Shown: positions 52,660-64,000 of the stretch, piece after piece
Layout: each line of letters begins with the position of its first letter
How positions within the stretch are numbered: position 1 is the first letter of the stretch
Assembly: GCA_012295275.1 (NCBI GenBank)
Contig: CM022677.1
Location: forward strand, 27,962,001 to 28,026,000
DNA: 64,000 nucleotides
Source: Chrysomallon squamiferum
Lineage: Eukaryota > Animalia > Mollusca
Direction of reading: 5' to 3'
The notes under the pieces: model-generated
The model's database searches: none
Seen by the model: the letters and a program-made list of their open reading frames with translations, nothing else
Told to the model about the DNA's origin: nothing
Translations under genes and position numbers: made by a program

Positions 52660-53023
52660 AATAATGATAATGATAATGATAATAATGATAATAATAATAA
52701 TAATAATGACAACGAAAAGGACAACAACAAACAGTAGAACATGATCATGTTACCTTTTTTATATGTTAGTATAACATTTAACAGCGACAATACAAATATT
52801 AATGATTATAATGACGACGATGACGATGTTGATACCTCGTTAGTCCACTCCACTCGTTTACACTGACCATAACCAACCCATTTCCCAGTCGACATACACG
52901 TCACGCTTGAGTTGGTTCCAAAAAAGCGGAAAAACTCGTCACACGTCACTGACCCAACACTGCCAACAACCGTAGAATTGCAAATCACGTGACCATTGTC
53001 TACTGTTCGGTTTCCGCAGCTAA
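51372..53023 (-). CDS. Gene H (5'-partial): Sushi + galectin-fold protein, ~200 aa visible
   Basis: Exons 52836-53023 (SCGNRTVDNG..C..C..GKW..CKRVEWTNE), 52528-52622, 51998-52202 (FAVNLQGGADIFMHFKVTF..VIFNSKFNDQW..FPLRPGDTFTLNI), 51372-51491 (VAVEGYHCYNY..VHGNMTVQSLF*). GT-AG, phases 1,0,2,0 as in gene B; frame open. Confidence 0.85.
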
Positions 53024-53261
53024 CTGTAAAAAGTACTGTAATTTTAGACAAAGAAAAATAAAATATCATTAAAGTCAGATAAGGTTTTTAATTTTAAAAA
53101 ATACGAGAAGTAAAACGAAATGAACTTAGCCATTATAGTCACTGGTCTTGTAAGCACGGTATATTTTTAAGAGCTTTAAATATCGTTTTAAATCCTAGAA
53201 GCTGTCGTTGCTTATAAGTTCCTAATCTACATGATGCCAGTGAATCCACGTAGGGTTAATA

Positions 53262-56200
53262 GACTACATTAATACACACTACATTAATACACACTACATT
53301 AATACACACTACATTAATACACTCTACATTAATACACACTACATTAATACACTCTACATTAATACACTACATTAATACACACTACATTAATACACTACAT
53401 TAATACACTACATTAATACACTCTACATTAATACACACTACATTAATACACTCTACATTAATACACACTACATTAATACACACTACATTAATACACTCTA
53501 CATTAATACACACTACATTAATACACACTACATTAATACACTACATTAATACACTCTACATTAATACACACACTACATTAATACACACTACATTAATACA
53601 CACTACATTAATACACACTACATTAATACACACTACATTAATACACACTACATTAATACACACACTACATTAATACACACTACATTACTACATTAATACA
53701 CACTACATTAATACACACACTACATTAATACTACATTAATACACACTACATTAATACACACTACATTAATACACACTACATTAATACACTACATTAATAC
53801 ACACTACATTAATACACACTACATTAATACACACTACATTAATACACACTACATTAATACACACTACATTAATACACACTACATTAATACACTACACACA
53901 CATTAATACATTAATACACACTACATTAATACACTCTAACACACACTACATTAATACACACTACATTAATACACACTACATTAATACACTCTACATTAAT
54001 ACACACTACATTAATACACACACTACATTAATACACACACTACATTAATACACACTACATTAATACACACTACATTAATACACACTACATTAATACACTC
54101 TACATTAATACATTACATTAATACACACTACATTAATACACACTACATTAATACACACTACATTAATACACACTACACTACATTAATACACACTACATTA
54201 ATATACTCTAATACACACTACATTAATACACACTACATTAATACACACTACATTAATACACACTACATTAATACACTACATTAATACACACTACATTAAT
54301 ACACACTACATTAATACACACTACATTAATACACACATTAATACATTAATGACACACACTACATTAATACACATACATTAATACACACTACATTAATACA
54401 CACACTACATTAATACACACATTACATTAATACACACACTACATTAATACACACTACATTAATACACACTACATTAATACACACTACATTAATACACTAC
54501 ATTAATACACACTACATTAATACACACTACATTAATACACACTACATTAATACATACTACATTAATACACACTACATTAATACACACTACATTAATACAC
54601 ACTACATTAATACACTACATTAATACACACTACATTAATACACACTACATTAATACACACACTACATTAATACACACACTACATTAATACACACTACATT
54701 AATACACACTACATTAATACACACACTACATTAATACACACTACATTAACATTAATACACACTACATTAATACACACACTACATTAATACACTACATTAA
54801 TACACTACATTAATACACACATTACATTAATACACACTACATTAATACACACTACATTAATACACACTACATTAATACACACACTACATTAATACACACT
54901 ACATTAATACACACTACATTAATACACACTACATTACACACTACATTAATACTACATTAATACACACTACATTAACACTACATTAAATACATTAATACAC
55001 ACATTACATTAATACACACTACATTAATACACACTACATTAATACACACTACATTAATACACACTACATTAATACACACTACATTAATACACACTACATT
55101 AATACACACTACATTAATACACACTACATTAATACACACTACATTAATACACACTACATTAATACACTACATTAATACACACTACATTAATACACACTAC
55201 ATTAATACACACTACATTAATACACACTACATTAATACACACTACATTAATACACACACTACATTAATACACACTACATTAATACACTACATTAATACAC
55301 ACTACATTAATACACACTACATTAATACACTCTACATTAATACACACACTACATTAATACACACATTACATTAATACACACACTACATTAATACACACTA
55401 CATTAATACACTCTACATTAATACACTCTACATTAATACACACTACATTAATACACACTACATTAATACACACTACATTAATACACTACATTAATACACA
55501 TTAATACACACTACATTAATACACACTACATTAATACACACATTAATACATTAATACACACTACATTAATACACTACATTAATACACACTACATTAATAC
55601 ACACTACATTAATACACTCTACATTAATACACTACATTAATAGACTCTACATTAATACACACTACATTAATACACACTACATTAGTACACTACATTAATA
55701 CACACTACATTAATACACTACATTAATACACTACATTAATACGCTACATTAATACACTACATTAATACACTACATTAATACCCTACATTAATACACTACA
55801 TTAATACACTACACTACATTAATACATTAATACACTACATTAATACGCTACATTAATACGCTACATTAATACACTACATTAATACACACTACATTAATAC
55901 ACACTACATTAATACTACACACTACATTAATACACTACATTAACACACTACATTAATACACACTACATTAATACACACTACATTAATACACACTACATTA
56001 ATACACACTACATTAATACACACTACATTAATACACACTACATTAATACACACTACATTAATACACACTACATTAATACACTCTACATTAATACACTACA
56101 TTAATACACACTACATTAATACACTACACATTAATACACACACTCTATTAATACACACATTACATTACATAATACACACTACATTACTACATTACACACT

Positions 56201-59200
56201 ACATTAATACACTACATTAATACACGCTACATTAATACACACTACATTAATACACACTACATTAATACACACACTACATTAATACACACTACATTAATAC
56301 ACACACTACATTAATACACACTACATTAATACACACTACATTAATACACACTACATTAATACACACTACATTAATACACACTACATTAATACACTCTACA
56401 TTAATACACACACTACAATACATACACACACTACATTAATACATACACTACATTAATACACTACATTAATACACACTACATTAATACACACTACATTAAT
56501 TAATACACACTACATTAATACACACACTACATTAATACACACTACATTAATACACACTACATTAATACACACTACATTAATACACTACATTAATACACAC
56601 TACATTAATACACACTACATTAATACACACTACATTAATACACACTACATTAATACACTCTACATTAATACACTACATTAATACACACTACATTAATACA
56701 CACTACATTAATACACACACTACATTACACACTACATTAATACACACTACACTACACACATACACACTACATTAATACACACTACATTAATAATACATTA
56801 ATACACACATTACATTACATAATACACACACTACATTAATACACACACATTATATTAATACATTAATACACTACATTAATACACACTACATTAATACACA
56901 CTACATTAATACACTCTACATTAATACACACTACATTAATACACACTACATTAATACACACTACATTAATACACACTACATTAATACACACTACATTAAT
57001 ACACACTACATTAATACACACACTACACAATACACACTACATTAATACACACTACATTAATACACACACTACATTAATACACACACTACATTAATACACT
57101 ACATTAATACACACTACATTAATACACACTACATTAATACACACTACATTAATACACACTACATTAATACACACTACATTAATACACACTACATTAATAC
57201 ACACTACATTAATACACACACATTAATACATTAATACATTAGCCGCACATACACATTAATACACGCTACATTAATACACACTACATTAATACACACTACA
57301 TTAATACACACTACATTAATACACACTACATTAATACACACTACATTAATACACACTACATTAATACACACTACATTAATACACTCTACATTAATACACA
57401 CTACATTAATACTACACACTACATTAATACACACATACATTAATACACACTACATTAATACACACTACATTAATACACACTACATTAATACACACTACAT
57501 TAATACACACTACATTAATACACACTACATTAATACACACTACATTAATACACTCTACATTAATACACACTACATTAATACACACACTACATTAATACAC
57601 ACATTACATTAATACACACTACATTAATACACACTACATTAATACACACATTAATACACACTACATTAATACACACTACATTAATACACACTACATTAAT
57701 ACACACATTACATTAATACACACACTACATTAATACACACACTACATTAATACACACTACATTAATACACACTACATTAATACACACTACATTAATACAC
57801 TACATTAATACACACTACATTAATACACACTACATTAATACACACTACATTAATACACACACTACATTAATACACACACTACATTAATACACACTACATT
57901 AATACACACTACATTAATACACACTACATTAATACACACTACATTAATACACACTACATTAATACACACACTACATTAATACACTACATTACACACACAC
58001 AATAATAATACACACTACATTAATACACACTACATTAATACACTACATTAATACACACTACATTAATACACTACATTAATACACACTACATTACATACAC
58101 ACTACATTAACACACACTACATTAATACACACTACATTAATACACTACATTAATACACATACATTAATACACACTACATTAATACACACACACACTACAT
58201 AATACACACTACATTAATACACACTACATTAATACACACTACATTAATACACACTACATTAATACACACTACATTAATACACACTACATTAATACACACT
58301 ACATTAATACACTCTACATTAATACACACTACATTAATACACTACATTAATACACACACTACATTAATACACACTACATTAATACATTAATACACTACTA
58401 CATTAATACACACTACATTAATACACACTACATTAATACACACTACATTAATACACACTACATTAATACACTCTACATTAATACACACTACATTAACACA
58501 CTACACATTAATACACACACTACATTAATACACACTACATTAATACACACTACATTAATACACACTACATTAATACACACTACATTAATACACACACTAC
58601 ATTAATACACACTACATTACATTACATTAATACACACTACATTAATACACACTACATTAATACACACTACATTAATACACACTACATTAATACACACTAC
58701 ATTAATACACACTACATTAATACACTACATTAATACACTCTACATTAATACACACTACATTAATACACACACTACATTAATACACACTACATTAATACAC
58801 ACTACATTAATACACACTACATTAATACACACACTACATTAATACACACACTACATTAATACACACTACATTAATACACACTACATTACATACATTAATA
58901 CACACTACATTAATACACACTACATTAATACATTACATTAATACACACTACATTAATACACACATTAATACATACACACACTACATTAATACACACTACA
59001 TTAATACACACTACATTAATACACTACATTAATACATACAATACATTACATTAATACACACTACATTAATACACACTACATTACACTACATTAATACACA
59101 CTACATTAATACACTACATTAATACACACTACATTAATACATACACACTACATTAATACACACTACATTAATATACATTACACACTACATTAATACACAC

Positions 59201-62200
59201 TACATTAATACACACTACATTAATACACTACATTAATACATACACACTACATTACAATACATTAATACACTACATTAATACACACTACATTAATACACAC
59301 TACATTAATACACTACATTAATACACACATTAATACACTACATTAATAATACACACACACTACATTAATACACACTACATTAATACACACTACATTAATA
59401 CACTACATTAATACACTACATTAATACACACTACATTAATACACACTACATTAATACACTACATTAATACACTCTACATTAATACACTCTACATTAATAC
59501 ACACTACATTAATACACTACATTAATACACACTACATTAATACACACTACATTAATACACACTACATTAATACACACACTACATTAATACACACTACATT
59601 AATACACACACTACATTAATACATACATTAATACACTACATTAATACATTACATTAATACATTAATTAATACACACTACATTAATACACACACTACATTA
59701 ATACACACTACATTAATACACACTACATTAATACACACTACATTAATACACACTACATTAATACACACTACATTAATACACACTACATTAATACACACTA
59801 CATTAATACACACTACATTAATACACTACATTAATACACACACTACATTAATACACACTACATTAACACACACTACATTAATACACACTACATTAATACA
59901 CACTACATTAATACACACACTACATTAATACACACTACATTAATACACACTACATTAATACACACTACATTAATACACTACATTAATACACACTACATTA
60001 ATACACACTACATTAATACACACTACATTAATACACACTACATTAATACACACTACATTAATACACACTACATTAATACACACTACATTAATACACTACA
60101 TTAATACACACTACATTAATACACACTACATTAATACACTACATTAATACACACTACATTAATACACACTACATTAATACACACTACATTAATACACACA
60201 TTACATTAATACACACACTACATTAATACACACTACATTAATACACACTACATTAATACACACTACATTAATACACACTACATTAATACACTCTACATTA
60301 ATACACACTACATTAATACACACTACATTACATACACACTACATTAATACACACTACATTAATACATTAATATACACTACATTAATACACACTACATTAA
60401 TACATTAATACACACTACATTAATACACACTACATTAATACACACTACATTAATACACACTACATTAATACACTACATTAATACACACTACTACATTAAT
60501 ACACACATTAATACATCATTAATACATTAATACACACTACATTAATACACACTACATTAATACACACTACATTAATACACACTACATTAATACACACTAC
60601 ATTAATACACACTACATTAATACACACTACATTAATACACACACTACATTAATACACTACATTAATACACTACATTAATACACACTACATTAATACACAC
60701 ACACTACATTAATACACACTACATTAATACACTACATTAATACACACACTACATTAATACACACTACATTAATACACACATTAATACACACTACATTAAT
60801 ACACACTACATTAATACACTACATTAATACATTAATACACACTACATTAATACACTCTACATTAATACACTCTACATTAATACACACACTACATTAATAC
60901 ACACACTACATTAATACACACACTACATTAATACACACTACATTAATACACACTACATTAATACACTCTACATTAATACACACTACATTAATACACTACA
61001 TTAATACACACTACATTAATACACACTACATTAATACACACATTAATACTACACACTACATTAATACACACTACATTAATACACACTACATTAATACACA
61101 CACTACATTAATACACACTACATTAATACACACTACATTAATACACACTACTACATTAATACACACTACATTAATACACACTACATTAATTAATAATACA
61201 CACTACATTAATACACACTACATTAATACACACTACATTAATACACTACATTAATACACACTACATTAATACACACACTACATTAATACACACTACATTA
61301 ATACACACTACATTAATACACACTACATTAATACACACTACATTAATACACACTACATTAATACACACTACATTAATACACACTACATTAATACACACAC
61401 TACATTAATACACACTACATTAATACACACTACATTAATACACACTACATTAATACACTACATTAATACATTAATACACACACTACATTAATACACACTA
61501 CATTAATACACACACTACATTAATACATTAATACACACACACTACATTAATACACTACATTAATACACTACATTAATACACTACATTAATACACTACATT
61601 AATACACACTACATTAATACACTCTACATTAATACACACACTACATTAATACACACACTACATTAATACACTACATTAATACACACACTACATTAATACA
61701 CACACTACATTAATACACACACTACATTAATACACACACTACATTAATACACTACATTAATACACACTACATTAATACACACTACATTAATACACACTAC
61801 ATTAATACACACTACATTAATACACACTACATTAATACACACTACATTAATACACACTACATTAATACACACTACATTAATACACACTACATTAATACAC
61901 TACATTAATACACTACATTAATACACACTACATTAATACACACTACATTAATACACACACTACATTAATACACATTAATACACACATTAATACACACACT
62001 ACATTAATACACACTACATTAATACACTCTACATTAATACACACACTACATTAATACACACATTACATTAATACACACACTACATTAATACACACTACAT
62101 TAATACACACACTACATTAATACACACTACATTAATACACACTACATTAATACACACACTACATTAATACACACTACATTAATACACACTACATTAATAC

Positions 62201-62330
62201 ACACACTACATTAATACACACTACATTAATACACACTACATTAATACACACTACATTTAATACATTATATACACTTACATTAATACAGTCTGTATTACAT
62301 TAATACATCTACATTAATACACATACATTA
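53262..62330. repeat. ~9-kb satellite of the 15-bp unit ACTACATTAATACAC (13- and 17-bp variants), probably intronic to gene H
   Basis: Continuous array of roughly 600 units; begins ~240 bp beyond the phase-1 acceptor of H's Sushi exon. Confidence 0.98.
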
Positions 62331-62499
62331 ATATTCACTCATCTGTATTGTATATACACTACATTCAGTCATTCGTATTGTATATACACTTCATTGGTTG
62401 AACCATCCAGTATCATGTGATACTGACTACATTGTATCAACTGACACAGGAATTTGACTGTATTACACCTACACCAAACCATTTTATAGTATGGTATAT

Positions 62500-63620
62500 C
62501 AGGAGGTACACCACACCACACCACAGGATTTTACAACCACACCATTCATAGACCATTACGTATTGTATATACATTTCATACCACACCATACCACGTATTG
62601 TATATCACACACACACCACACCACATTACGTATTGTACATACACACACCACACCACACCACACGTTGTGATACCACACCACACCACACCATCAACCACAG
62701 GTACCACACCACTGTACACTACACCAAAACCTTTTTATACCAAAACACCACACCACACCACACCATGCCACACCACACCACACCACACCACACCACACCA
62801 CACCACACCACACCACACCACACCACACCACACCACACCACCACACACACCACACACCACACACCACACACCACACCACACCACACCACACCACACCACA
62901 CCACACCACACACACACACCACACCACACCACACCACACCACACCACACCACACCACACCACACCACACCACACCACACCACACCACACCACACCACACC
63001 ACACCACACCACACCACACCACACCACACCACACCACACCACACCACACCACACCACACCACACCACACCACACCACACCACACCACACCACACCACACC
63101 ACACCACACCATACCACAACACACACCATACCACACCACACCACATACCACCACACCACACCATACCACACACCACACCACACACACCACACCATACCAT
63201 ACCACACCACACCATACCACACCACACCACACCACCACACCACACCACACCACACCACACCACACCACACCATACCACACCACACCACACCACACATACA
63301 TACCACACCATACCACACCACACCATACCATACCAGACCACACCACACCATACCATACCATACCATACCATACCATACCACACCACACCACACCATATCG
63401 CACCACACCATACCACACCATACCATACCAGACCACACCATACCACACCATACCATACCATACCATACCATACCATACCACACCACACCACACCACACCA
63501 CACCACTACACACCACATCACACCACACCACACCACAATACACCACACCACACCACACTATACCACACCACACCACAATACACCACACCACACCACACCA
63601 CACCATACCACACCACAACA
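62500..63620. repeat. (CACAC/CATAC)n pentanucleotide microsatellite
   Basis: Source of the HHTTP and VVWCG ORFs. Confidence 0.96.
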
Positions 63621-63995
63621 GTAACCTACAGCATACCATACCTACAACAGTAACCTACAACATACCATACCATCAACAGTAACCTACAACATACCATACC
63701 ATCGACAGTAACCTACAACATACCATACCATCAACAGTAACCTACAACACACTATACCATCAAAAGTAACCTACAACATACCATACGTACAACAGTAACC
63801 TACAACATACCATACCTACAACAGTAACCTACACCATACCATACCTACAACAGTAACCTACAACATACCATACCTACAACAATAACTTACAACATACCAT
63901 ACTTACAACAATAACCTACAACATACCATACCTACAACAGTAACCTACAACATACCATACCTACAACAGTGACCTACAACAGTAACCTACAACAG
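63620..63995. repeat. 29-bp tandem repeat (~13 copies)
   Basis: Unit cagtaacctacaacataccataccWWcaa. Confidence 0.93.
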
Positions 63996-64000
63996 ACGAT

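Noticed and set aside
62598-63682. 350-aa HHTTP / VVWCG repeat ORFs
   Set aside because: Pentanucleotide microsatellite, not a mucin or His-rich protein

Overview
AT-rich, microsatellite- and minisatellite-rich eukaryotic (intron-containing) DNA. The domain content and repeat landscape suggest an invertebrate, plausibly a mollusc (inference only). Most ORFs in the supplied track are repeat artefacts. Manual splicing (GT-AG sites, consistent intron phases) reveals a tandem/inverted cluster of small secreted proteins. They share exon 1 (signal peptide, MKLICLLVFTVSVFFQLSETWEYHKDDKKCLY) and a 65-nt exon 2 encoding a Cys-flanked heptad repeat (putative disulfide-locked coiled coil) that ends in phase 1. 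Different head modules are spliced onto this N-terminus: Sushi/CCP only (genes C, D, E, F; 116-117 aa), Sushi plus a 3-exon galectin-fold domain (B intact, 252 aa; G with a 1-nt frame problem; A truncated) and a thrombospondin type-1 repeat (J, 127 aa). Further right on the minus strand are the 3' part of a heavily N-glycosylatable Sushi-galectin gene (H) and a decayed PAN/Apple-Sushi-galectin gene (I). The cluster also has about 10 copies of a conserved TATA/E-box promoter cassette, several dead exon-1 copies, segmental and inverted duplications, two minisatellites born from splice donors, and a ~9-kb 15-bp satellite. Gene letters are my own labels.
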